DNA of 64,000 nt from a virus. A model generated the notes under the pieces. The model saw only the letters and a list, made by a program, of their open reading frames with translations. It was not told where the DNA came from and searched no databases. The position numbers were made by a program, and so were the translations under genes. Positions 48,488 through 57,485 of the stretch are shown one piece after another. Position 1 is the first letter of the stretch. Every line of letters begins with the position of its first letter. Location: IMG/VR virus record IMGVR_UViG_3300025849_000009. The stretch is one strand, 5' to 3'.

Positions 48488-51310
48488 CTAGTTACCATTA
48501 TAACTGTTTACTCTCCATTGTCTATTTGTATTATAAACATCTAGTGGTTCGTTAGTTGAATACCAAGTTTCTTGTACTTCGTAATCTGTACTCCACGTTG
48601 TAGTAATAGCACTTGTTGTAGATCTCGTTGTGTTCCACGTTGTTGTTGTGTTCCATGTGGTATTCCACGAAGTAGTAACACTATAGATAGTTGACCATAT
48701 AGTCGTTGTCGATTTAGATGTCGCTGCATTTGTATTAAATGTAGTCGTAGTTGATCTAGTCGTATTAAATGTGGTCGTAGTCGAGTGGCTTGTATTAAAT
48801 GTAGTCGTAGTCGTTTTAGACGTTGTTTGAGACGTATTAAATGTTGTCACCCATGATGTAGTCCATGAAGTTGTCGTTGACTGATTAGTATTAAACGTTG
48901 TCAACCAAGTTGTATTAAATGTAGTTATAGTTGACTTACTAGTTTGATATTGTGTAGTCCACGATGTTGTACGTGTATAGTTTGTAATTCTACTAGTTTC
49001 CCAAGTTGTTGTCCATGCAGTTGTCGTCGCATGTTCTGTTCCCCTATTAGTTCCTCTGGATGTACTCCATATAGTTACTGTCGAATGAGACGTTCCATGA
49101 TTCGTAGACTGGGACGTATTAAACGTAGTCGTAGTTGAATGCTCTGTTGACCTAGTTGTATTCCATGAAGTAGTCCATGAAGTATTGAACGTAGTTACTG
49201 TAGATTTACTTGTTGACCATGTTGTTGTAAACGTAGTCGTTGTTGAATGTTCTGTTCCTCTAGTCGTGTTCCATGAAGTTGTCCATGATGTATTGTAAAC
49301 TGTAGTCGTTGCTCTAGTCGTATTCCATGATGTGTTAAAAACTGTAGTAGTCACATGCTCTGTTCCTCTAGTCGTGTTCCATGAAGTTGTCCATGAGGTA
49401 GTATAACTCGTCGTCGTAGCTCTACTAGTTGACCATGTTGTATTAAATGTAGTTGTTGTAGATTTAGTCGTTGACTGATTAGTATTAAACGTCGTTGTCC
49501 ATGAGGTAGTATAACTCGTCGTCGTAGCTCTACTAGTTGACCACGTTGTATTAAATGTAGTTGTTGTAGATTTAGTCGTTGACTGATTAGTATTAAACGT
49601 TGTCACCCACGAAGTAGTCCACGAAGTTAACGTTGTTTTAGTTGTGTTCCATGTTGTGTTATAAACCGTAGTAGTTGACCTAGAAGTTGACTGATTTGTA
49701 TTAAAAGTAGTAGTCGTTGTTCTAGAAGTAGATCTCTTTGTATTTCGCGATGTTATCCAAGTAGTATTAAATGTTGTCGTAGTCGATTTGCTAGTTGACC
49801 ACGCTGTATTGTAAACTGTTGTTGTGGTTTTATTCGTGCCTCTGGTTGTGTTCCATGAGGTAGTCCACGAAGTAGTCCACGAAGTTAGCGTTGATTTAGT
49901 TGTGTTCCATGATGTGTTATAAACCGTAGTAGTTGACCTAGAAGTTGACTGACTTGTATTAAATGTTGTCGTAGTCGATTTACTAGTTGATCTAGTTGTA
50001 TTTCTTGATGTTGACCAGGTTGTCGTAAATGTTGTCGTAGTCGATTTACTTGTTGACTGGCTTGTATTAAAAGTTGTAGTTGTAGATTTATTAGTTCCTC
50101 TACTAGTTCCTCTTACGGTGTTCCATGAAGTTGTCCATGTAGTTACAGTGGATTTGCTAGTTGACTGACTTGTATTAAAAGTTGTCGTTGTTGCTCTAGT
50201 TGTGTTCCATGTCGTTGTAGTAGATTTACTAGTTGACCATGTTGTAGTCCAATTAGTTGTAGTAGATTTACTAGTTATAAACGTCGTTGTAGTAGATTTA
50301 CTAGTTGCAAATGTAGTAGTAGTTGAATGTTCCGTTGATCTACTAGTTATAAATGTTGTTGTAGTAGATTTAGACGTATTAAACGTAGTCGTTGTCGATT
50401 TACTAGTTGCCCATGTAGTCGTGGTTGCACGCGTTGTATTCCTATGAGTTGCAAATGTAGTTGTAGTAGATTTAGACGTATTAAACGTAGTCGTTGTTGA
50501 TTTACTAGTTGCCCACGTAGTCGTGGTTGCACGCTCCGTTGACTGACTTGTACTAAATGTAGTCGTTGTTGATTTACTAGTTGCCCATGTAGTCGTGGTT
50601 GCACGCGTTGTATTCCAAGATGTATTATATACAGTCGTTGTTGTTTTAGTTGTGTTCCACGTCGTTGTAGTTGCGCGTGATGTATTCCATGTAGTCGTGG
50701 TTGCACGCTCCGTTGACTGACTTGTACTAAATGTGGTCGTGGTTGCACGTGTTGTATTAAATGTTGTTGTGGTTGCACGTGTTGTATTCCACGAAGTAGT
50801 CCACGAAGTTAGCGTTGATTTAGTTGTATTGAACGTCGTCGTCGTAGCTCTAGTTGTATTCCAAGATGTATTGTATACGGTCGTGGTTGCACGCGTTGTG
50901 TTATACGTAGTCGTGGTTGCACGTGTTGTATTAAATGTTGTTGTTGTCGCCCTAGATGTAGATTGACTTGTATTCCACGACGTCGTAGTCGCCTTAGACG
51001 TATTCCACGTCGTCGTAGTCGCCCTAGACGTATTCCACGTCGTCGTAGTCGTCTTAGATGTACTCTTACTTGTATTATATGTCGTCGTCGTATTTTTATC
51101 TGTGAACCATGACGTCGTAACTTTAGTTGACCACCCCGTTGAAGTAGATTTATCTGTAAGTACATTCCAATAGGTAGTTTTTGCCGTATTCCTAGAAGTT
51201 GCCCTATTATATGACGTGTATAATGAAGTTGTTCGAGAATAACTAGTCGTCTTCAACGTGCTCCTAGATCCGGCGGTTAACCAAGTAGTATTAAAAAAAG
51301 TAGTAGGCAT
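48488..51310 (-). CDS. Thr/Ser-repeat fibre protein A (940 aa); antiparallel complement of protein B
   Basis: Quasi-repeat units of 10/14/18/22 aa (e.g. TTTTFNTSKS), each with aromatics first and K/R/Q/H after. Confidence 0.85.
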   Translation of the reverse strand: MPTTFFNTTWLTAGSRSTLKTTSYSRTTSLYTSYNRATSRNTAKTTYWNVLTDKSTSTGWSTKVTTSWFTDKNTTTTYNTSKSTSKTTTTTWNTSRATTTTWNTSKATTTSWNTSQSTSRATTTTFNTTRATTTTYNTTRATTTVYNTSWNTTRATTTTFNTTKSTLTSWTTSWNTTRATTTTFNTTRATTTTFSTSQSTERATTTTWNTSRATTTTWNTTKTTTTVYNTSWNTTRATTTTWATSKSTTTTFSTSQSTERATTTTWATSKSTTTTFNTSKSTTTTFATHRNTTRATTTTWATSKSTTTTFNTSKSTTTTFITSRSTEHSTTTTFATSKSTTTTFITSKSTTTNWTTTWSTSKSTTTTWNTTRATTTTFNTSQSTSKSTVTTWTTSWNTVRGTSRGTNKSTTTTFNTSQSTSKSTTTTFTTTWSTSRNTTRSTSKSTTTTFNTSQSTSRSTTTVYNTSWNTTKSTLTSWTTSWTTSWNTTRGTNKTTTTVYNTAWSTSKSTTTTFNTTWITSRNTKRSTSRTTTTTFNTNQSTSRSTTTVYNTTWNTTKTTLTSWTTSWVTTFNTNQSTTKSTTTTFNTTWSTSRATTTSYTTSWTTTFNTNQSTTKSTTTTFNTTWSTSRATTTSYTTSWTTSWNTTRGTEHVTTTVFNTSWNTTRATTTVYNTSWTTSWNTTRGTEHSTTTTFTTTWSTSKSTVTTFNTSWTTSWNTTRSTEHSTTTTFNTSQSTNHGTSHSTVTIWSTSRGTNRGTEHATTTAWTTTWETSRITNYTRTTSWTTQYQTSKSTITTFNTTWLTTFNTNQSTTTSWTTSWVTTFNTSQTTSKTTTTTFNTSHSTTTTFNTTRSTTTTFNTNAATSKSTTTIWSTIYSVTTSWNTTWNTTTTWNTTRSTTSAITTTWSTDYEVQETWYSTNEPLDVYNTNRQWRVNSYNGN

Positions 51311-51385
51311 TCTCTATCTCTGTTGTTTTTTTATATATTTAAATTCTTTAATCATTTTATTTCTTAAAAAGTCTCTTAGTACTAC

Positions 51386-54300
51386 TTACCAAGCACAATC
51401 ACGCTCAGAATAACATATAGAACGAAAATCGCAATAATCTTCTGGACTACACAGTTGTTCTTTGTTATTATGTGTTAAAATTCCATTTGCAAAGAATGTA
51501 TCATTAGGTTCTACATCTAATTTATAAACAGTATATTGATTAACTTCATCTATTTCTAAAGATTCTATCAGAAATTCTCCATAATCCATTTTAAACATAA
51601 CATCACCAATCTCTAGGTGCTCCGCTAGTTTTGCTTGCCACATACCATCTCTTTTTATAATATGTATATGTGCCATGGTAGTTCTTAATTGGTCATTATT
51701 TATGCTAACTGTTCCTATAACGTCTGCTCTCCAAATACCGGAAACATTATGTTCATTAGATAATGTATTTGTGTATACTTCTTCTTCCCTAATTGTTGGT
51801 AATACAGTCATGTCATCTGTATTAAATGCTCCATCCATAGTTAAAATACTCTGGCCATGCACTAACGTTTCAACTGGTCTTTGTATTCCTTCAGCAATAT
51901 GTACTAGTGTTCCTTCAACTATACATTCCTCTATTGTGCTTCTAGATGTTCCACGAGATGTGTTGACATACAATGCTGTATTGTAACTTGTGATATATGA
52001 AACTGATGTATTCCAGGAAGTTATTTGCCCTGCACCACCACCTGAACTATTATCTGCAGGAACTAAAGTAATCCATGTTGTTGTTTTAGTTGTTGATCTA
52101 GAATATCCTGTAGAAACCTTTGTAATAGTTGACTTACTTGTATTTCTGTCAGTTACCCTAGAAGTTGCAAACCTAGTATTAGTAGATTTACTAGTTGCAA
52201 AAGTGGTCGTGTACGTCGTTGTCGTCGATCTACTAGTTGCAAATGTCGTTGTCGTCGATCTACTAGTTGCAAATGTTGTTGTTGTATTTCTACTAGTGAT
52301 CCAGTAAGTTGTCCATGCAGTTGTCGTCGATTTACTAGTTGACCAAGTTGTTGTTGTCGATCTACTAGTTGCAAATGTCGTTGTCGTCGTATGCTCTGTG
52401 CTTCTACTAGTACTAAATGTAGTCGTTGTAGATCTACTAGTTGCAAATGTTGTTGTTGTATTTCTACTAGTTCCTCGAGTCGTACCAAAAGTGGTCGTTG
52501 TTGATTTAGTTGTGTTGAACGTCGTCGTTGTTGACCTAGTTGTATTCCAAGATGTATTGTATACAGTCGTGGTTGCACGCGTTGTGTTCCAATTAGTTGT
52601 AGTAGATTTACTAGTAGCAAATGTTGTTGTGGTAGAATGCTCTGTGCCTCTACTAGTACTAAATGTAGTCGTTGTTGATTTAGTTGTGTTCCACGTCGTC
52701 GTCGTAGCTCTAGTTGTATTCCAAGATGTATTGAACACTGTAGTTGTAGACTGACTTGTATTCCATGTAGTCGTTGTTGATCTAGTTGTATTGTATACGG
52801 TCGTTGTTGATCTAGTTGTATTCCATGTTGTTTTAAATGTAGTCGTTGTAGACTGACTTGTATTCCATGTAGTCGTTGTTGATCTAGTTGTATTATATAC
52901 GGTCGTTGTTGATTTAGTTGTATTCCAAGATGTATTGTATACAGTCGTTGTTGCTCTAGTTGTGTTCCACGTCGTCGTTGTTGATCTAGTTGTGTTCCAT
53001 CGTGTTGTTGTTGACTTACTAGTAGACTGATTTGTGTTAAATGTTGTTGTCGTCGATTTACTAGTAGCAAATGTTGTTGTGGTAGATTTACTAGTTGACC
53101 ATGTTGTATTAAACGTAGTCGTTGTGTTTTTGGACGTTGATTTGGAAGTCAACACAGTTGTGTTCCATGAAGTTGTCCATGAAGTTGTAGTAGCTCTACT
53201 AGTTGACCACGTTGTATTAAATGTAGTTGTTGTAGATTTAGTCGTTGACTGACTTGTATTAAAGGTTGTACCAAATGTGGTTGTCCATGTAGTTGTCGTC
53301 GATTTACTAGTTGACCATGTTGTATTAAACGTAGTTGTTGTCGCATGCTCTGTGCTTCTACTAGTTACAAATGTTGTTGTTGTATTTCTACTAGTTGCTC
53401 TATTAGTTCCTCGACTTGTTACCCAAGTAGTTGTCCATGCAGTTGTTGTGGTGTGCGAAGTTGATTGACTAGTATTAAACGTAGTTGTTGTAGAACGATT
53501 CGTTGATCTAGTTGTATTCCATGAAGTAGTCCAAGCTGTGTCAAAAGTAGTAGTTGTAGATTTACTTGTTGACCATGTTGTTGTAAACGTAGTCGTTGTC
53601 GAATGTTCTGTTCCTCTACTTGTTACCCATGTTGTTGTGGTATTTTTACTAGTCGCCTTAGACGTTGATTTACTAGTAGACCAAGTTGTTGTCCATGTAG
53701 TTACTGTAGATTTACTTGTTGACTGACTTGTATTAAAAGTCGTTGTCGTAGATTTAGTAGTTGACCTAGAAGTTGACTTACTAGTTGACCAAGTTGTCGT
53801 AAATGTTGTTGTTGTTGATTTACTTGTTGACTGACTTGTATTAAAAGTTGTAGTTGTCGATTTACTAGTTACTTTACTTGTTGTTTGACTAGTGATCCAA
53901 GTTGTATTATATGTCGTTGTTGTCGAACGAGATGTTGATTGACTAGTACTAAACCTGGTCGTTGTTGAATGTTCAGTGCTTCTAGAAGTTATCTGAGATG
54001 TAATCCAAGTTGTATTATATGTAGTCGTTGTTGATCTAGATGTCGACTGATTTGTGTTAAATGTTGTTGTAGTACTACGATTAGTAGATCTTGTTGTCGT
54101 TTGACTAGTGATCCACGTTGTATTATACACTGTTGTTGTAGATCTATTAGTTGACCATGACGTTGTATATGTCGTAATATAAGAAGTTGTCGTTGATTTA
54201 CTTGTATTCCAAGAAGTTGTCCAATATGTAGTGTATGATGTAGTTGTACTTCTAGATGTGGATTGACTTGTGTTCCAGGTTGTTTCAACAGGATACAATG

Positions 54301-54736
54301 TGGATTGACTAGTTGTCCAACTAGTTGTCCATGTAGTAGTTGTAGCCCTCTCAGTTGATTGTGACGTGTTTTTAGAAGTCGACCATGTTGTTGTTGTAGT
54401 TCTATCAGTTTCTAAAGATGTTTCTCTAGAAGTGCTCCATGATGTAGTCCACGATGTTGTCGTTGATCTAGAAGTTGCATATACAGTATTAGTACTACGA
54501 GATGTATTGAAAGTTGTTGTTGTCGATTTACTAGTTGCCCATGTAGTGATCCATGTTGTCACCGTGGATTGACTAGTATTTCGTACTTTGTTAGTAGTTC
54601 TCGAAGTATTTCTATTTTCAGATGTAGTTTTGGAAGTAGCCCAAGTAGTATTCTTAGCTACGAGTGTACCCTTAGATGTATTCTGTGCACTTCCGGTACT
54701 CCAAAAGTCGATTCTTGAAAATCCTATATTCTTCAT
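51386..54736 (-). CDS. Thr/Ser-repeat fibre protein B (1116 aa) with C-terminal Hint domain and Cys-rich tail
   Basis: Same repeat grammar as A with unit order reversed; Hint at aa 938-1090. Confidence 0.85.
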   Translation of the reverse strand: MKNIGFSRIDFWSTGSAQNTSKGTLVAKNTTWATSKTTSENRNTSRTTNKVRNTSQSTVTTWITTWATSKSTTTTFNTSRSTNTVYATSRSTTTSWTTSWSTSRETSLETDRTTTTTWSTSKNTSQSTERATTTTWTTSWTTSQSTLYPVETTWNTSQSTSRSTTTSYTTYWTTSWNTSKSTTTSYITTYTTSWSTNRSTTTVYNTTWITSQTTTRSTNRSTTTTFNTNQSTSRSTTTTYNTTWITSQITSRSTEHSTTTRFSTSQSTSRSTTTTYNTTWITSQTTSKVTSKSTTTTFNTSQSTSKSTTTTFTTTWSTSKSTSRSTTKSTTTTFNTSQSTSKSTVTTWTTTWSTSKSTSKATSKNTTTTWVTSRGTEHSTTTTFTTTWSTSKSTTTTFDTAWTTSWNTTRSTNRSTTTTFNTSQSTSHTTTTAWTTTWVTSRGTNRATSRNTTTTFVTSRSTEHATTTTFNTTWSTSKSTTTTWTTTFGTTFNTSQSTTKSTTTTFNTTWSTSRATTTSWTTSWNTTVLTSKSTSKNTTTTFNTTWSTSKSTTTTFATSKSTTTTFNTNQSTSKSTTTRWNTTRSTTTTWNTTRATTTVYNTSWNTTKSTTTVYNTTRSTTTTWNTSQSTTTTFKTTWNTTRSTTTVYNTTRSTTTTWNTSQSTTTVFNTSWNTTRATTTTWNTTKSTTTTFSTSRGTEHSTTTTFATSKSTTTNWNTTRATTTVYNTSWNTTRSTTTTFNTTKSTTTTFGTTRGTSRNTTTTFATSRSTTTTFSTSRSTEHTTTTTFATSRSTTTTWSTSKSTTTAWTTYWITSRNTTTTFATSRSTTTTFATSRSTTTTYTTTFATSKSTNTRFATSRVTDRNTSKSTITKVSTGYSRSTTKTTTWITLVPADNSSGGGAGQITSWNTSVSYITSYNTALYVNTSRGTSRSTIEECIVEGTLVHIAEGIQRPVETLVHGQSILTMDGAFNTDDMTVLPTIREEEVYTNTLSNEHNVSGIWRADVIGTVSINNDQLRTTMAHIHIIKRDGMWQAKLAEHLEIGDVMFKMDYGEFLIESLEIDEVNQYTVYKLDVEPNDTFFANGILTHNNKEQLCSPEDYCDFRSICYSERDCAW
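51467..51925 (-). other. Hint (intein-like/BIL) autoprocessing domain
   Basis: Block A 'CIVEGTLV', block B 'TTMAH', block F/G 'VYKLDVEPNDTFFANGILTHN'; the +1 residue is Asn, not C/S/T. Confidence 0.85.
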
Positions 54737-54761
54737 ATTGTTCCTCTAATTTATTCTATTA

Positions 54762-57485
54762 TTACGCAAAATTTCCAATGTAGTTAACTAATACTGCGTC
54801 AACATCTATTATAATATATGATATAATAGATACTGCACCAGGAGTAGTTACCCATTGAATGTCAGCACCTGAGGGTGTTTTCATATAGGATGGTAATGCA
54901 TTGTATCCTGCACCTACACCATTATAGATTACTATAGTTCCAGATTGACCTACGTTGTCGTTACCTATGTTAGACATTGTAATATCAATTGATCCCGTTG
55001 CTGTAAATGCAAATGCGTCACCTTGATCAGGCTTAATGTCATAAACACCTCCAACACCGTTAACCGATATAATATCTCTTTTTAAAGCACCTGTTAAATA
55101 TAAATCATGATGCTCAACATTTGAATCTGTTTTTGTATGTTGATCCATTGCAGTTGCATAGGTATTAGAAGTACCAGTATTACCTTTTAAACCTGAAGAA
55201 CCTGAAGAACCACTTGATCCAGAAGATCCGTTAGTTCCATCAGTTCCTGAAGAACCTGAAGTTCCGTTTGTTCCTGAAGTTCCATTCGTTCCTGAAGTTC
55301 CATTCGTTCCTGAAGTTCCATTCGTTCCTGAAGAACCACTAGATCCACTTGAACCTGAAGTTCCGTTTGTTCCACTAGTTCCATCAGTTCCTGAAGAACC
55401 TGAAGTTCCGTTAGTTCCACTTGTACCGTCAGTTCCTGAACTTCCACTTGAACCTGAAGATCCGCTTGTACCATTCGTTCCACTTGTACCATTTGTACCA
55501 GACGTTCCATCAGTTCCTGAACTTCCACTTGATCCACTTGATCCTGAAGTTCCATCGGTTCCTGAAGTTCCGTTAGTTCCTGAAGTTCCATCAGTTCCTG
55601 AACTTCCACTTGAACCTGAACTTCCATCAGTTCCTGAAGAACCTGAACTTCCATTTGTTCCATTAGTCCCTGAAGAACCAGCTGGTCCTTGAATAGAACC
55701 GCCTCCAATCCAACCATCTGCTTGTGTAAATACCCAAAGAGAATCGTCTGATTGTACTATATATGCATCACCGTCAGAATTACCGCTTGTTGGTAAATTT
55801 GATGATGTAGCTACTTGTCCTTGCATTGAAACACCCCAACCTGGATTACCTTGTGCACCTGAAGATCCACTTGATCCAGAAGATCCACTAGAACCATCCG
55901 TTCCTGAAGAACCCGAACTTCCGTTTGTTCCATTCGTTCCACTTGTACCATTGATACCACTAGTTCCATCAGTTCCTGAACTTCCGTTTGTTCCACTTGT
56001 ACCGTCAGTTCCTGAAGAACCTGAACTTCCATTAGTTCCTGAAGTTCCATTCGTTCCTGAAGTTCCATTTGTTCCTGAAGTTCCATCAGTTCCTGAACTT
56101 CCACTTGAACCTGAAGATCCACTTGATCCGTTAGTTCCTGATGTTCCATTCGTTCCTGAAGTTCCATCAGTTCCTGAACTTCCATCAGTTCCTGAGCTTC
56201 CACTTGATCCGTCAGTTCCTGAAGTTCCATTCGTTCCTGAAGTTCCATCAGTTCCTGAAGTTCCATCAGTTCCTGAAGAACCGCTTGAACCCGAACTTCC
56301 ATTTGTTCCATCAGTTCCTGAACTTCCATTTGTTCCTGAAGTTCCATCAGTACCGCTTGTACCTGGAGCTCCTTTTTGTCCTTTAACACCGCTCGATCCA
56401 GAAGATCCGTTAGTTCCATTAATTGCTGGAGTTCCAGGAGCACCTTTAGCTCCGGTTGCACCAACGGGAATAGTAAAATCAAATTCAGCTGCAGTTGAGG
56501 TTCCAGTATTAGTAACACTTACTGGTGTATTTTCTAATCCAGTAGATACTGTTCCTACTGCAATTGTACCTGTAATTCCTGAAGATCCGCTTGAACCTGA
56601 ACTTCCGCTTGATCCATCAGTTCCTGATGTTCCAACATATACTACTCTACCTACAATTTCATTGCCATTTTGAGAATGAGTTAATATTAAATTATTTCCA
56701 GATAAAGTTGCTCCACTATAATTGTCACCTTTAACACCATCAACTCCACTTGTTCCATCCGTTCCTGAAGATCCACTAGAACCATCCGTTCCTGAAGTTC
56801 CGTTAGTTCCACTAGTACCATCAGTTCCTGAACTTCCACTTGATCCACTTGATCCTGAAGTTCCATCGGTTCCTGAAGTTCCGTTAGTTCCTGAACTTCC
56901 ACTTGAACCGTTTGTTCCCGAAGAACCTGAAGTCCCACTTACACCACTCGTTCCATCAGTTCCTGAACTTCCACTTGATCCATTTGATCCCGAGGTTCCT
57001 GATGTTCCAACATCACCAATAGGTTGAATAAACATAAATAAAGAATCATTATCACTAACATTATTCCAATTAGAACTTGAAATAGGTTGTAAGTTAAATG
57101 TTCTTTGTCCAGAAGCAGTTGTGTTTCCTGTTACATAGAATGATTTATTTGCATTACCATCAGTTGATTTTGCTAATACAATAATAGACTTATAACTATT
57201 AGATGAAGCGACTGCAGCATTTAATGTTACGGTTGCTGAACCACCTCTAGCATTAGTTTCACTTACAATTATTTTACTAGGATTACTAGGATTATCAAAC
57301 GCTAAATCACCAGAAGAAACTGTCGTGGGATTTGTTGCGTTATTATAAACATAAGGAAGTCCAAACGTATTTGGTAATTGTTGGTTTTCATACTTTCCGG
57401 TACTTGCATTATATGACAATACTTCACCAGTAGATGGAGAAGAAGATAAAAAGTCAAGTATTTGTTTTAATTTCAATTGAGACAT
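54762..57485 (-). CDS. Collagen-like fibre (Pro-poor G-T/S-X triplets) with interspersed knob domains
   Basis: Long GTS/GTD/GTN/GSS triplet tracts; knobs 'TIAVGTVSTG..VSVTNTGT..A.FDFTIP' and 'QGQVATSSNLP.SGN.DGDAYIV'. Confidence 0.85.
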   Translation of the reverse strand: MSQLKLKQILDFLSSSPSTGEVLSYNASTGKYENQQLPNTFGLPYVYNNATNPTTVSSGDLAFDNPSNPSKIIVSETNARGGSATVTLNAAVASSNSYKSIIVLAKSTDGNANKSFYVTGNTTASGQRTFNLQPISSSNWNNVSDNDSLFMFIQPIGDVGTSGTSGSNGSSGSSGTDGTSGVSGTSGSSGTNGSSGSSGTNGTSGTDGTSGSSGSSGSSGTDGTSGTNGTSGTDGSSGSSGTDGTSGVDGVKGDNYSGATLSGNNLILTHSQNGNEIVGRVVYVGTSGTDGSSGSSGSSGSSGITGTIAVGTVSTGLENTPVSVTNTGTSTAAEFDFTIPVGATGAKGAPGTPAINGTNGSSGSSGVKGQKGAPGTSGTDGTSGTNGSSGTDGTNGSSGSSGSSGTDGTSGTDGTSGTNGTSGTDGSSGSSGTDGSSGTDGTSGTNGTSGTNGSSGSSGSSGSSGTDGTSGTNGTSGTNGTSGTNGSSGSSGTDGTSGTNGSSGTDGTSGINGTSGTNGTNGSSGSSGTDGSSGSSGSSGSSGAQGNPGWGVSMQGQVATSSNLPTSGNSDGDAYIVQSDDSLWVFTQADGWIGGGSIQGPAGSSGTNGTNGSSGSSGTDGSSGSSGSSGTDGTSGTNGTSGTDGTSGSSGSSGSSGTDGTSGTNGTSGTNGTSGSSGSSGSSGTDGTSGTNGTSGSSGTDGTSGTNGTSGSSGSSGSSGTNGTSGTNGTSGTNGTSGTNGTSGSSGTDGTNGSSGSSGSSGSSGLKGNTGTSNTYATAMDQHTKTDSNVEHHDLYLTGALKRDIISVNGVGGVYDIKPDQGDAFAFTATGSIDITMSNIGNDNVGQSGTIVIYNGVGAGYNALPSYMKTPSGADIQWVTTPGAVSIISYIIIDVDAVLVNYIGNFA

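Noticed and set aside
51467-51925. Canonical mobile intein
   Set aside because: No homing endonuclease, no C/S/T at +1, and not inserted in a conserved enzyme; better read as a BIL/Hint processing domain.
48541-54572. Many alternative-frame ORFs (poly-V on +, Q/L/R-rich on -) over the Thr-rich genes
   Set aside because: Shadow frames of ACN-rich repeat codons that happen to lack stops; no independent starts or domains.
48488-54736. Reading the A/B symmetry as a DNA inverted repeat, or the repeats as a CRISPR array
   Set aside because: Both genes are on the same strand with the same codon bias, and the complementarity exists only between amino-acid classes. Repeats are degenerate, in-frame and have no unique spacers.
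48488-54736. Simple mucin-like or ice-binding beta-solenoid annotation
   Set aside because: Thr arrays fit superficially, but irregular unit lengths suit a solenoid poorly and neither model explains the exact mirror complementarity. Ice binding by the Thr face is not excluded.
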